DNA of 29,815 bases from Deltaproteobacteria bacterium TL4 (GTDB lineage Bacteria > SAR324 > NAC60-12), in the NCBI GenBank assembly GCA_051382335.1, contig JBBCAX010000375.1, positions 1 through 29,815 of the forward strand. The letters run 5' to 3'. This document shows positions 8,428 through 18,780 of the stretch, piece by piece. The translations under genes and the position numbers were made by a program. Positions within the stretch are counted from its first letter, which is position 1. Each line of letters opens with the position of its first letter. The notes beneath the pieces were generated by a model. That model did no database searches, was not told where the DNA came from, and saw nothing but the letters and a program-made list of their open reading frames with translations.

Positions 8428-9651
8428 TTATTCTGCACAACGACATACTAATTTAACCAGTTGTGCTGCCAAAACCTGATGGGAATATTTCAGACGGAGT
8501 AGTTGTTGTGATTTATCACGGATACTCTGCTTTTGTGATGTTGATAGGACTTTAGCTTGGAGCAGAGTAGCCACACACTTTTGAACCTCTCCATGCGCCA
8601 CTTGGTATCCAATTTGTTCATCATGGACAAGATTTCCGATAGAGCTTTCTTCAGGTCCTATAAACAAAACAGGACGTTCGGTGCACAAAACACCGTAGAT
8701 CTTACAAGGATGAACAATTCCTACATATTCATTTCCCATGACCACAACATGAAGATCCGCTGCGGAAAGGGAGTAACTTAACTGCTCCAAAGGTTGATAA
8801 GGTAATTGGATAATATTAGATAAGTGATGCGTTGCTTTAAAGGCCGCAACCTTTTTTACCCCAACACCGCCACCAACAAACATAAAAATAAAATCCGGAT
8901 CTTTTTGCAGTTTTAGAGCCGCTTCCAACAACGTATTCAACGGATGGCAGACACTATGATTGCCCGAATACATAACGACAAATTTGTTTTCAAGACCATG
9001 CTGTTGACGAAAAGGATTTTCAGCATGAGGAACAGGCTTAATCTGATCATTGTGAGCCCAGGGAGGGATTACTTTTATTTTTTCAGGCTCAATCCCTTTC
9101 TCTTGAATACGTTTGGCCATGTATTCATCCAAGGCAATAATCAGATCACTGGATCTGAACGTTGAGCGTGAAAGAATTTCAAGAAACCGTGTCAACAAAG
9201 CCTCTTTTTTCAGGACACCAAGAGCGATTGCTTCGTCAGGATTGAGATCCATAACCCAATAAACAAATTTTCCTCCTCTTATTCGACAAAACCACTCTCC
9301 AATAATAGAAATCAGCGGGGGTAAGGTTAAGCAGACGATGACATCATACCGAGGGCCGAACACTAATTTCAAAAAAAGATAAATATTAAAAGAAAGGGTA
9401 TCCACGATTCGGGCAATAAATGATTTCTTTCCAAAAAACGTGGACCGTATTCGTTGAACATGGACCCCCTGATAATCTTCCTTTAATGGATAAACCTGGC
9501 TCCGATCATCATAGGCCCGTCTTGACACGACCGCCGTTACCTCACAACCGGCTTTGACCAAATCCACGCCAAGATCCGTCAACTGTTGGGCAACAGCAAT
9601 AACATCCGGATAAAAGGCATAGTTCAACAATAAGACTTTATTTTTACTCAC
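8428..9651 (-). CDS. GT4 glycosyltransferase (WbuB/WcaI-like)
   Basis: FYPD...AQ.LTDL, WVMDLNPD, YSGN and P.K.YG motifs. GTG 9651 overlaps the upstream TGA. Confidence 0.85.
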   Translation of the reverse strand: MSKNKVLLLNYAFYPDVIAVAQQLTDLGVDLVKAGCEVTAVVSRRAYDDRSQVYPLKEDYQGVHVQRIRSTFFGKKSFIARIVDTLSFNIYLFLKLVFGPRYDVIVCLTLPPLISIIGEWFCRIRGGKFVYWVMDLNPDEAIALGVLKKEALLTRFLEILSRSTFRSSDLIIALDEYMAKRIQEKGIEPEKIKVIPPWAHNDQIKPVPHAENPFRQQHGLENKFVVMYSGNHSVCHPLNTLLEAALKLQKDPDFIFMFVGGGVGVKKVAAFKATHHLSNIIQLPYQPLEQLSYSLSAADLHVVVMGNEYVGIVHPCKIYGVLCTERPVLFIGPEESSIGNLVHDEQIGYQVAHGEVQKCVATLLQAKVLSTSQKQSIRDKSQQLLRLKYSHQVLAAQLVKLVCRCAE

Positions 9652-11054
9652 TTTTTCCTTGCGACAGCAATCCACGAGAGTCCTTTCCAGGGTAAAAAAC
9701 GATCAATCATCCTGAAAACGGGAACAAGGACATTATATAGTTTTAAATTTCCTTTGCCCAGGCTTTTGGCTTTTAAGATTTTTCCTTGCCAAACCCATCC
9801 CCATACTCCGATCTTGTTGAACGAAAAGATCTGTTCTACCGCAAATCCATTCTTTGCCAACACTTGGGTTAAACTATCCTGATCATAACGTCTAACATGC
9901 TGTAAGGCTTCATCCACTGTGGAGTACAGATGCGTTCCTTGTGGTACCACTAAAATCAAACGGCCCTCTTTTTTTAGGACGTGATGCATGTTTTTTAAAG
10001 CACTTTCCTCATCTTCAATGTGTTCTAAAACATTGGAGCATAAAATCGTATCAGGTTTATGCTTTATCGCAGGAGCCGGTTGAGTGATGTCCCATTGATG
10101 TATTTGAATTTCAGAATGGCCCTTAAAAGAATTTTTAAGGATCGGAATGTACTTCTCGTCATATTCTGTTGCAATAATCCGGTCACAATGTGCCTTCAGT
10201 GCCCGTAGATTATTCCCAATTCCTGAGCCTACTTCCAATACGGTTTCTCCCAGATAAGGTTGCACCAGATCCAGAGTCCACGCCGCGAATTTAGGTGCTT
10301 CCTGCATTTCTGTCAGTATTTTATGACCATAATGTTCTTCATACATATCATCAATCAACCAATATTTGATGATGGTATATAAAGCAGAAATCCCATCTTT
10401 CCAGGTGATTTTCTTTCCTTCCTCGTAAGTTCGTCCATGATAATGAATAGGCACTTCATAAACTCTTAACTTCCGTTTTGCGATTTTTGCGGTAATTTCA
10501 GGTTCAATCCCAAAACGATTGGAGCGCAAAGGAATGGTTTTCATAATGGGTAATCGAAACGCCTTATAACACGTTTCCATATCAGTCAGATACAAATCAG
10601 AAAACCAGTTACTTAATAAGGTAAGGAATCGATTTCCCAAGGCATGTTTAAAATAGAGCACTCTTCGTTCTCCGGAGACTACAAACCTGGAGCCATAAAC
10701 CACATCAGCCCTGTCTTCGATGATAGGCTTTAATACAACAGGATAATCACTGGGCGCATATTCCAAATCCGCATCTTGGATGATGGCGATATCCCCAGTG
10801 GCTTCTTGAATGGCTCTTCTGATCGCAGCCCCTTTGCCTCGGTTTTCTTCCTGTAAAAATACATGGATTTCCGAGTGCTTTTCTTCGAGTTGGCACATGA
10901 TTTCTCTGGAACGATCCTGCGACTTATCGTCAACCAGCACAATCTCCAAAGCATCAATTCCTGAAACTTTTTGTTTTAAGACCAAAGAGATTATCTGTTC
11001 CAGGGTACTTTCTTCATTGTAAACGGGTATTAATACGCTTAGTTTCATCATCAC
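9648..11054 (-). CDS. Bifunctional GT2 (DPM1/ArnC-like) glycosyltransferase / class I SAM methyltransferase
   Basis: IPVYNE, VDD.S.D, GKGAA, QDADLEY and TDMETCYK in the N-terminal half. LEVGSGIG and NVLEHI.D in the C-terminal half. Confidence 0.9.
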   Translation of the reverse strand: MMMKLSVLIPVYNEESTLEQIISLVLKQKVSGIDALEIVLVDDKSQDRSREIMCQLEEKHSEIHVFLQEENRGKGAAIRRAIQEATGDIAIIQDADLEYAPSDYPVVLKPIIEDRADVVYGSRFVVSGERRVLYFKHALGNRFLTLLSNWFSDLYLTDMETCYKAFRLPIMKTIPLRSNRFGIEPEITAKIAKRKLRVYEVPIHYHGRTYEEGKKITWKDGISALYTIIKYWLIDDMYEEHYGHKILTEMQEAPKFAAWTLDLVQPYLGETVLEVGSGIGNNLRALKAHCDRIIATEYDEKYIPILKNSFKGHSEIQIHQWDITQPAPAIKHKPDTILCSNVLEHIEDEESALKNMHHVLKKEGRLILVVPQGTHLYSTVDEALQHVRRYDQDSLTQVLAKNGFAVEQIFSFNKIGVWGWVWQGKILKAKSLGKGNLKLYNVLVPVFRMIDRFLPWKGLSWIAVARKK

Positions 11055-11104
11055 CTTTCACCTTGGTACGGTTAGTTTCTTAATTGCCAATACCTAACCG
11101 CAGG

Positions 11105-13048
11105 TCACAATTTTTGTCGATAGACAGTCAGGTCCTCTTCTCGCCAATCACGAAGATAAACCGCCCCATTGAGCTTTAAGTCTTCTTTACTGTCGCGACA
11201 GCTAAGCAGAAGACACGGAGTATAGAGTTCTTGTTTCAAATACAAGGCACCCGAAGGATTGTCAACCATGATATGCCGCAGTCTGGTTTGTGGGGATTCA
11301 GGCCTTTGTAGAAGGATCCACAACGGATACTCATAAGTTTCCCCCTCCCAAACAAGACCGATCTCCTTGCATTGCTGTTCACGGACATAGTGAAGCGTTT
11401 TTAAGTATTTTTGCCGTAATTCTGGTCGATTATTGAAGTACTGCTCCGCACGACTGAGTGTCCAAATGTTATCGGTAATCAACTTTGTTTTTCCTGTTTT
11501 CTGGTAATAGGGTTTATCAATGGTAAGCCATAGAGGGCGTGAAAAATTAAAGACACACCAAGGCAGGGAGAGTAACAGAAGGCCAACGGCAAGTAGGTTA
11601 GTGAATCGATGAAACTCAATTTCTGCCATTGCCATTCCAACCACAACAGACGATAATACAAAAAGCGGTAAATGCAGTCGGCTATGCCAAGGTTGCCATT
11701 TCAAAAGCAAAGCGAATAATATAAAGCCAACTGTAATCATCATAAGAAAATGAATCAAAGCCCGATTGTTTTTTAAACTTCCTTTTACAAAACATAGACC
11801 TACGGCAATAAAGATTAAAATTAAATGTAACGGATTTCCCGTTAAATCTTCATGATTTGATAAACGCGGAATCTTAAACTTTAGCCCATAAAAGGAAAGT
11901 CGAGGATCATTGATATCGACGCCTAACCCATGATGAAACTTGAAAAAACCCTGCTCAAAAATTTGATTTACACCCATGAAAGGCAGGGTCAGGTGAAGTC
12001 CTATATTTTTAGAAATATTGGATAGCAGCGCAGGAACACTATAAAGTTCGTTTGAAAAACTATACGGAGAACCCACCGGAGAACCATAAAGTTGATAGGT
12101 TCTTGAATAATGCCCCAAATTCAAGCATAACGCAATAATTCCTACCAGCATTATTTGCTTCCATAACGCACTTTTCCAGTGTTTTATTCCCAGGACCAAA
12201 AACCATAGCAAAAAAGGCGCAACGTAGATATAAGCCGTCCCTTTGGTCAAGATCGCCAAACCTAGACTACTCGCCGCTTTAAACGTATCAGACCAGTGCC
12301 CTTTCGGACTCATTGCAAGGAAACCATAATAAACAAAACCAATCACCCAAAACGCAACCACATAGTCATTTTGGGTACTTGAACCTTGCAAAATCCCCAT
12401 AGGCAGACTAGCCGCCGTCATCATCACAAAAATTTGAGCTCTACGATTGGCACCGAACTGTCGTGCAATCAAAGAAACTCCAATTAAACTTCCCACGAGA
12501 CTAAACCATTGAACTGAATTGGCAAAACGATCCCCTTGAGCCAGAATTTGAAAATGGACAATGGCATACTCCGCCCAGGGAGGATTGAAAAGCTGCCGCT
12601 GAATAGGCGTAGGGAAATTAACGATACTGGCATTCTGAACCCAATGCGCAACGCGCGGCATGTGATAGGTCATGGCATCCCAGGTATTGGGTGCCGCCAC
12701 AAAAGCAACCAGTCCTGTGATTCCCACAATAGCAATGATGAGTCCCAGTATTAAGGATTGACTTCTTTCTCCAGATCCCAAAACCGATAAAGTCGGAGGC
12801 CTCTTATTAGGAAAATAATGCTTTCGAAATTGATAACTGGCAATCACCCCTGAGCTCACCCAAAAAAGAACTAAACCCTGAAGTGTTAAGAAATTTACCA
12901 GACTTAGTAATTCAACGCTAACTGTTATGCCAACACCCCACATAACAGACGCACTCAGAAAAGAGGTTCTCCAATCCCCAGATTTTAAATAAAAGAGAGA
13001 CAGAAAGAGGCCCCAAACCAATAAAGGCAGCATTGAAAATAGTATCAT
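11105..13048 (-). CDS. GT-C superfamily (ArnT/PMT-like) membrane glycosyltransferase
   Basis: Many TM helices, an APNTWDAMTYH loop, STQND and GLAILTKGT motifs, and a C-terminal periplasmic domain. Confidence 0.8.
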   Translation of the reverse strand: MILFSMLPLLVWGLFLSLFYLKSGDWRTSFLSASVMWGVGITVSVELLSLVNFLTLQGLVLFWVSSGVIASYQFRKHYFPNKRPPTLSVLGSGERSQSLILGLIIAIVGITGLVAFVAAPNTWDAMTYHMPRVAHWVQNASIVNFPTPIQRQLFNPPWAEYAIVHFQILAQGDRFANSVQWFSLVGSLIGVSLIARQFGANRRAQIFVMMTAASLPMGILQGSSTQNDYVVAFWVIGFVYYGFLAMSPKGHWSDTFKAASSLGLAILTKGTAYIYVAPFLLWFLVLGIKHWKSALWKQIMLVGIIALCLNLGHYSRTYQLYGSPVGSPYSFSNELYSVPALLSNISKNIGLHLTLPFMGVNQIFEQGFFKFHHGLGVDINDPRLSFYGLKFKIPRLSNHEDLTGNPLHLILIFIAVGLCFVKGSLKNNRALIHFLMMITVGFILFALLLKWQPWHSRLHLPLFVLSSVVVGMAMAEIEFHRFTNLLAVGLLLLSLPWCVFNFSRPLWLTIDKPYYQKTGKTKLITDNIWTLSRAEQYFNNRPELRQKYLKTLHYVREQQCKEIGLVWEGETYEYPLWILLQRPESPQTRLRHIMVDNPSGALYLKQELYTPCLLLSCRDSKEDLKLNGAVYLRDWREEDLTVYRQKL

Positions 13049-13064
13049 TTATTTCTAACACAAA

Positions 13065-14318
13065 TCATGTTGGAGACGAAACTTCTGTGGGTGAAAGTCT
13101 TGACGGAATAGAGGGTTGGTTTTGAGGCAACCGAGCTAAATAACAATTATGCCGATATCTCTCTTTCAACCCCAGAATCACAAAAGACCATACGAAAACG
13201 GATAAGAAATTTCCTGTTGAAAACATTCCAGAATCAAAGATATTTAAGATTAAAAAAGAGATATAAATTGCGTTGACGTAGATACCGTTCACTTGAGTTC
13301 CTTTCAGATAGATCATCACATACAAGAGGGCAAGGATGAGCAATATTCCCGGAATAAATCCGTATTCAATCAAGTACTCAATATAAAAACCATCGGCATG
13401 ATATTTCGGAATAGAGGTAGAAAAAATGATGTCCATTTGACTTTGAAGCAATTTGTTAGTTGATGCTCCATAAAGTTCCACATATTGAATATCGGATACA
13501 AACATTTTTAATAAACGATTTCCAGACATTTTATTAAGTGTCTGAAAAAATACCCCTAATACGATCAAAGGCCCAACTCCCAAAAAACCCGCATATAATC
13601 GCATCGCAATTTTAAAGCCAATCTTACGAAATAAATAAGAAAATAGGAGAAAATTGATAAAAAACAGGACGGCATTTCTCGATTGAATGAAAGTCAATAG
13701 CACCAAACAGGCAATATTGAAGATAAGGTTGACGCGCCTTGATTTACGGACTAACTTGAATTTGATTAAAAGCATGACAACAAGGTAGGCTATGCCTGTT
13801 TCTTTAGGGTGAAAAAAACCAAGTAATAACCGACCTGGATTGCTTCCCCCTAATCGTCCGCCATAATAACTTGTATAAATGAAGGTACCCCAAGCATGAG
13901 TATGATCTAACACAATAGGCATTAAAAGAATGAGCGTTAATAACGTAAGTATCCTCACAGAAAAGCATTTATAAATTTGTGAAAGAAAGACACACGCGCT
14001 GAAAAATAGAATATACTGCACATAAATTATCCTCCCTATCTCTGTAAAAGACAATATCGGCATAAAAACGACCATGCTTCCCAGCAAAACACATAAGGAG
14101 ACTTTCCCTATCCTTGCGGGGAGGAGCGCCAAGTTTACCAACGCGATCAAGACAATTGAAAGATGTTTACCATAATACAACCAGTCCAATTCATATCTGC
14201 GAATGTATCCATTCTCATAATCCACCATATATCCCAGCGCGAAAGTATGAGACAAAACGGAGAAAATAAAGGCGACAAGGAATAATAAAAGCATGAGTTT
14301 ATTGATAGATAGCTTCAC
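13065..14318 (-). CDS. Wzy/WaaL-like O-antigen polymerase or ligase
   Basis: About 11 TM segments and low GC. Motifs R.LLGF.HP, QSRNA, SGNR and HAD..Y...L.EYG. Confidence 0.65.
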   Translation of the reverse strand: MKLSINKLMLLLFLVAFIFSVLSHTFALGYMVDYENGYIRRYELDWLYYGKHLSIVLIALVNLALLPARIGKVSLCVLLGSMVVFMPILSFTEIGRIIYVQYILFFSACVFLSQIYKCFSVRILTLLTLILLMPIVLDHTHAWGTFIYTSYYGGRLGGSNPGRLLLGFFHPKETGIAYLVVMLLIKFKLVRKSRRVNLIFNIACLVLLTFIQSRNAVLFFINFLLFSYLFRKIGFKIAMRLYAGFLGVGPLIVLGVFFQTLNKMSGNRLLKMFVSDIQYVELYGASTNKLLQSQMDIIFSTSIPKYHADGFYIEYLIEYGFIPGILLILALLYVMIYLKGTQVNGIYVNAIYISFLILNIFDSGMFSTGNFLSVFVWSFVILGLKERYRHNCYLARLPQNQPSIPSRLSPTEVSSPT

Positions 14319-14457
14319 AATAGCCTAGGATCAAGAGTTGTTATATGATTACTATTCCGCCGCCAAGAAGGCAAAGAGTCACTAATTAATCGCAGAGGTT
14401 TCAATAAAAACAACAATAATATTAAATTCAAATATCATAACAGTGCGTTATCTAACT

Positions 14458-15582
14458 TTACCTTTTCAATAACTCTAACGTTTCTTCAACAAATCGTTTC
14501 CAATTCAGTTTGTCCAAGATAGCTTGATACGCGGATACGTCACACGCTATGGGGTTTGAAGCAATAAATATCTGCTCCAAACACCGCACCATCTCGGGAA
14601 GGGATCTTGGATTAAAGTAGTTTACCGTATTCCCGAGCAACTCGTGAAATACAGGAAGATCGGAACAATAAATAGGTTTCTGGTATTTCAGGGCTTCCAC
14701 GAGGGGAATTCCAAAGCCTTCAAACAAGGAAGGAAAAAAAAGAGCCTCTGTTTGTTGGTATAGCTTGTTAAGCTGCTCTTTAGAAACATAGCCCAAGTGT
14801 TGGATATTGGCTTTGGCCGGGGATAACCGGATTCGATGAGACAACCTCTGGTCCATTCTTCCGGTAAGGATGAGTTGGCAGTTTAGCTGAGAATGTTTTT
14901 GTTTGAATTGCTCAAAGGCTTCAATCAAAGCGGTGTGATTCTTATGCGGGTAGGGATTCGCGGGATAAAGCACAAACGGAACATCCTGGGTTGTTGCGGA
15001 GCTTTGCTCCATGTCTTCATCGGTACTTGTCCCCAGGCAAATTGCGGTTGACCGGTTTGCCGCAAAGCCCAATTTTTGAATCAAATCTTGTCGGCTAAAC
15101 TCGGAAATACAAAGGATCTGATCACTTTTATTAACCATATACGCTTCTTTACGAAGCCGGATCCATCGGTCCAGGCGACTAAAATTTTCAGGATAATGAT
15201 AATGGAGGAAATCGACAACAACCGTCACCTTTTTCTTGCATCGAAGGCCCTGAGGAAAAATCGATTGCTGAGGAAACAAAACCACATCAAATTTCAAAGT
15301 ATTCAAAATCCAGGCGAGTGGAGCACTGAAACAATTCGGAATGAACAAATCCAAAAACCGAAGTAAACGTACAAGTCTTGGAGACAAGGGAAAGTTAATA
15401 AAGATGATTCTGGCGTCGTTAAGCGACTCAAACGGAGCCAAATTTTGCGAGTTTCCGAAGAGAAATAACTGATCTGAGTCCTTCAAGAGTGGTGGTAACC
15501 GATGGACCAACTGCTCAATATACTCCCCAGCACCGCCTACATAGCCTGGATAAAACTGAAAAAGGGAAATAGCAATCTTCAT
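14458..15582 (-). CDS. GT4 glycosyltransferase (MtfB/WbpY-like)
   Basis: GG...Y, D..H..YPE.F, YPA..YPHKNH and FPSLFEGFGIP..EA motifs. Confidence 0.9.
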   Translation of the reverse strand: MKIAISLFQFYPGYVGGAGEYIEQLVHRLPPLLKDSDQLFLFGNSQNLAPFESLNDARIIFINFPLSPRLVRLLRFLDLFIPNCFSAPLAWILNTLKFDVVLFPQQSIFPQGLRCKKKVTVVVDFLHYHYPENFSRLDRWIRLRKEAYMVNKSDQILCISEFSRQDLIQKLGFAANRSTAICLGTSTDEDMEQSSATTQDVPFVLYPANPYPHKNHTALIEAFEQFKQKHSQLNCQLILTGRMDQRLSHRIRLSPAKANIQHLGYVSKEQLNKLYQQTEALFFPSLFEGFGIPLVEALKYQKPIYCSDLPVFHELLGNTVNYFNPRSLPEMVRCLEQIFIASNPIACDVSAYQAILDKLNWKRFVEETLELLKR

Positions 15583-15595
15583 TGATTCTTCTGAA

Positions 15596-16678
15596 CTAAG
15601 GCCACAACTGATCATATCGGTTCAGCATTTTCTCTAAAGAAAGCTCTTCTTTGATAAAATCCTGAGCCGCTTGAATTTGATCCTCAAAATTTGTGGGGTT
15701 GTTAAAAAAACTGTGTTTAAGAAAAGCAATCATTTCCTCCAAACTTTCACATAGCGTTCCACTTTTTCCGTTTTGCAAAGGATAACTGACACCGCCGACA
15801 TTCAATCCAACCACAGGAACTTGAACTTGAAACGCTTCCAGAATACTAAAGGGGAGTCCTTCTGTTCTTGAAGTAATCAGTAAGGCATCCATCCCTGCCA
15901 ACAGGTTCGAAACCTGATCAACCCAACCATGAAAAACAACGTGATTTTGTAAATGCAAGGCTTCAACCTGAAGCCTCAACCCCTCGTGCATCTCACCTTC
16001 TCCTATCAAATGAAACTTTGCTGGATAGGAAGCCAACTCCCGTGCCACTTGAAGGAATTGATCGGGCCCCTTTTCGTAATTCAACCGTCCAATAAACGCA
16101 AAATGTTTAAAAGCGGAATCCTGCGCAATAGGTGCTTTATTTAAGAACTGGGTTTCAATTCCGTTAGGAATCATGACCAGGGGCATCTGGGCTAAGGGCG
16201 TTGTTCTGATGTACTTCATGGTCGCAGGCGACACCACTACCAAGCGATCTCTCTGTGGGTTTAGAAACAAGGACAGAAAAGTGAAAACCAGTTTGCTTTT
16301 CAACTCAAGCTGGCGATTAAACGCTTTGCTGATTCCATGCACCACAATTGTGATTGGAATTGGTTTGGAGAACAAGCGCGCAACAACAATTCCCACGGCA
16401 GTAAAGATTTCGTGACATACAATATAATCTGGCTGAAAGGCCTTGATTTCTTTGAGTAAAACATTGAGCGCAAAAAAATGTTTGAACGCTAACAAGGGCG
16501 CTTGTTCCCACTTCGTAGCAGGCTGGTCCATCACGGCACTCTGTACGAGCATCGGAGAGATGACGCTTGACAGCAAGTGGACGTGATGAGTTGGCGTCAT
16601 TTTTTGAACCACTTTTTCAATCCATTTGGCAACGCCACCGTCCGGATCCAGATGGGCCAACATCAAAATTTTACTCAT
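15596..16678 (-). CDS. GT4 glycosyltransferase
   Basis: GGV, IPNGI, IGRL..EKG and SRTEGLP.SILEA motifs. ATG 16678 with RBS is chosen to avoid overlap with the upstream gene. Confidence 0.9.
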   Translation of the reverse strand: MSKILMLAHLDPDGGVAKWIEKVVQKMTPTHHVHLLSSVISPMLVQSAVMDQPATKWEQAPLLAFKHFFALNVLLKEIKAFQPDYIVCHEIFTAVGIVVARLFSKPIPITIVVHGISKAFNRQLELKSKLVFTFLSLFLNPQRDRLVVVSPATMKYIRTTPLAQMPLVMIPNGIETQFLNKAPIAQDSAFKHFAFIGRLNYEKGPDQFLQVARELASYPAKFHLIGEGEMHEGLRLQVEALHLQNHVVFHGWVDQVSNLLAGMDALLITSRTEGLPFSILEAFQVQVPVVGLNVGGVSYPLQNGKSGTLCESLEEMIAFLKHSFFNNPTNFEDQIQAAQDFIKEELSLEKMLNRYDQLWP

Positions 16679-16698
16679 TCTTTCCTTTGAAACTCTTT

Positions 16699-17712
16699 TT
16701 ACATCTGACGTTTCAATAGCGCATTCCAGCCTGAAAGCACAACGCTCAATTTTTCCGGAGTATGACGTTCTGAAATCGCGTATCGCGGCAGATGCCACTG
16801 ATTGGCCTTGTTCATAGGAAAACACTGACTGGTTACCGCAGTTTCAAAACCACACTGCTGTGCCAATTCGACTTCTTGCGCGCTCACCTCATTGGGGCTG
16901 CCAAAAGGATAAGCAAAGTGTTTAACGCTTCCCAGATGTGACTCCAATAACTGCTTTGACTCAATAATTTCCTGCCCTGCGTCTTCTTTTTTCAGTTGTG
17001 TTAAGTTAGGATGAGTCAGGGTGTGCGCACCAATAGTAATCAGCGGTTCCTGGGATAATTGTCGAATATCGTCCCAGCTAACACAGTCCTGCTCGTACCG
17101 TTTTGCGGGCTCTCCACCACGTATTTGTTTCAGCAATTCTACTTGAGGCTCTGGAGCTTGAGATAAAATCAGGGTTCTTAAATCCTGGAAACAACGTTGT
17201 TTTTCTTCAAGGGAATGCAAATTCCAGGTCAATTTCCGGGTTTTCCAGGAAAATTCTAAAATCGTTTGACTTTCACATAATTCCCACAGCTCATACCACC
17301 ACATAGTATGATCCCCTTCAGGAAAACGGGTGACTACATAGATCGTAGCGGGCACATGATATTTCTTTAAAATGGGCAAGGCCTGAGTCAAATTATCACG
17401 GTATCCATCGTCGAAGGTGATCACCACGGAAAAATTACTGGAAGAATCAGAAAGGTGGGAGACAACCTGCCCCATAGGAATCACTTGGTAATGCTTTGCG
17501 AGATATTGAATTTGATTTTCAAATAACTCCTCAGAAATGGCAATATCGTTGTTAGGATTGGGCGACAGCAACTCTTGCGCAGGCAGGACCCGGTGGTACA
17601 TTAAAATGCCAACCTTACCTCGGAAGGGGCGTACCATTCGTTGCCCCACGGAGGTCTGCCCCACACGATAATAATAATCAACTAAGCTGTCTTTTAAACG
17701 CCTTTGGTGCAT
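16699..17712 (-). CDS. Polysaccharide deacetylase (CE4/NodB)
   Basis: ILMYHRV, ITFDDGY.DN, IGAHT..HP.L and FAYPFG motifs. Confidence 0.92.
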   Translation of the reverse strand: MHQRRLKDSLVDYYYRVGQTSVGQRMVRPFRGKVGILMYHRVLPAQELLSPNPNNDIAISEELFENQIQYLAKHYQVIPMGQVVSHLSDSSSNFSVVITFDDGYRDNLTQALPILKKYHVPATIYVVTRFPEGDHTMWWYELWELCESQTILEFSWKTRKLTWNLHSLEEKQRCFQDLRTLILSQAPEPQVELLKQIRGGEPAKRYEQDCVSWDDIRQLSQEPLITIGAHTLTHPNLTQLKKEDAGQEIIESKQLLESHLGSVKHFAYPFGSPNEVSAQEVELAQQCGFETAVTSQCFPMNKANQWHLPRYAISERHTPEKLSVVLSGWNALLKRQM

Positions 17713-17716
17713 GGGC

Positions 17717-18778
17717 TCACTCCGACAATAAACGTTTGGCATGAAACTTTGTTTTTAATTTCCGAAGTTTCGTCCGATAGGATGTATTCATCTGACGAGC
17801 AACACTCATCCAAAGTCTAAGTTCTTCCGAGGTTGCCCAATCCCACTCCCCTAAGTATTCGACGGGTGTTCCGCCGGACCCTTTTTTGAAATTATAAACC
17901 CCTTGACCTCCCACAGGATCAATCCCATTGAGATCATAAGACGTCACCCCTCTTTCCATACACTCCCGAAGCAATTCCCAAAACAAACCATAAGAAGCAT
18001 ATAGTTTTCGTCCGTTATCGGTGGTTGCCGCAAATAAATCGAGCGCATAGGTTCCCAAGATGACGCACCCCCTCACTCCTATCACCGCTCCTGATTCATC
18101 CACGCCTCGGTATAGAACAAGATAGTTTTTCAAGAGCACCAAAAGTTGTTTCAGTTCCTCTTCTGAAAACTGTTGGGGGATCTCTTTATAGGATTCCATA
18201 GCAGTGTAGATTTGAAACACCTCACTGACGGCAGGCTGTTCCCAACGTTCAAACTTGAGGTTTTTTTTACTGGCTCGCCGCCAATTATGACGCCAATTGG
18301 TGGTGAAGGAATCGATGACTTTTTCTTTGTCACAAGAAAGGTCAAGAACCATGGACATTCCACTTGAAAAAGGAAACAAGGAGCGTTGCCACCCTTGAGC
18401 ACGCAGCAGCAGCACTTCTTCAATCGTCGAGGGTCGTCTTGGATAAATGCGGCATAAGCACCGTTTCAAATGGAGATCCTGAAGAATTTGATGCTGTAAC
18501 GGTTCGCCCCAGCATTCACTATTTCCAACAGGTCCGCCATCTCCAAAAACAAACCCGACTCCCGCGTGTTTTCGAAAAACGCCCTGAAATAACGCAACCA
18601 CGTGCGCCTCCTCATCAACAGCTTCCCAGCGATAGGGTTCCCATCCAAAGGCTTTTCGAAACTCTCCCCATTCATAGCTTTGAAAAATATTTGCTTCAGA
18701 AAACGTAACAAGGTGTTGATTCCAGGTTTGACTTGCCATAGGTGAGGATTGTAATTTCCATCGTATCATAGGATTCAT
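17717..18778 (-). CDS. FemAB/FemX-like (GNAT-fold) aminoacyl transferase
   Basis: FQS.EW..F, GGP, VLDL, NWR.NWRRA.K and YDL.GID....GVY.FK.G.GG motifs. Confidence 0.82.
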   Translation of the reverse strand: MNPMIRWKLQSSPMASQTWNQHLVTFSEANIFQSYEWGEFRKAFGWEPYRWEAVDEEAHVVALFQGVFRKHAGVGFVFGDGGPVGNSECWGEPLQHQILQDLHLKRCLCRIYPRRPSTIEEVLLLRAQGWQRSLFPFSSGMSMVLDLSCDKEKVIDSFTTNWRHNWRRASKKNLKFERWEQPAVSEVFQIYTAMESYKEIPQQFSEEELKQLLVLLKNYLVLYRGVDESGAVIGVRGCVILGTYALDLFAATTDNGRKLYASYGLFWELLRECMERGVTSYDLNGIDPVGGQGVYNFKKGSGGTPVEYLGEWDWATSEELRLWMSVARQMNTSYRTKLRKLKTKFHAKRLLSE

Positions 18779-18780
18779 TT

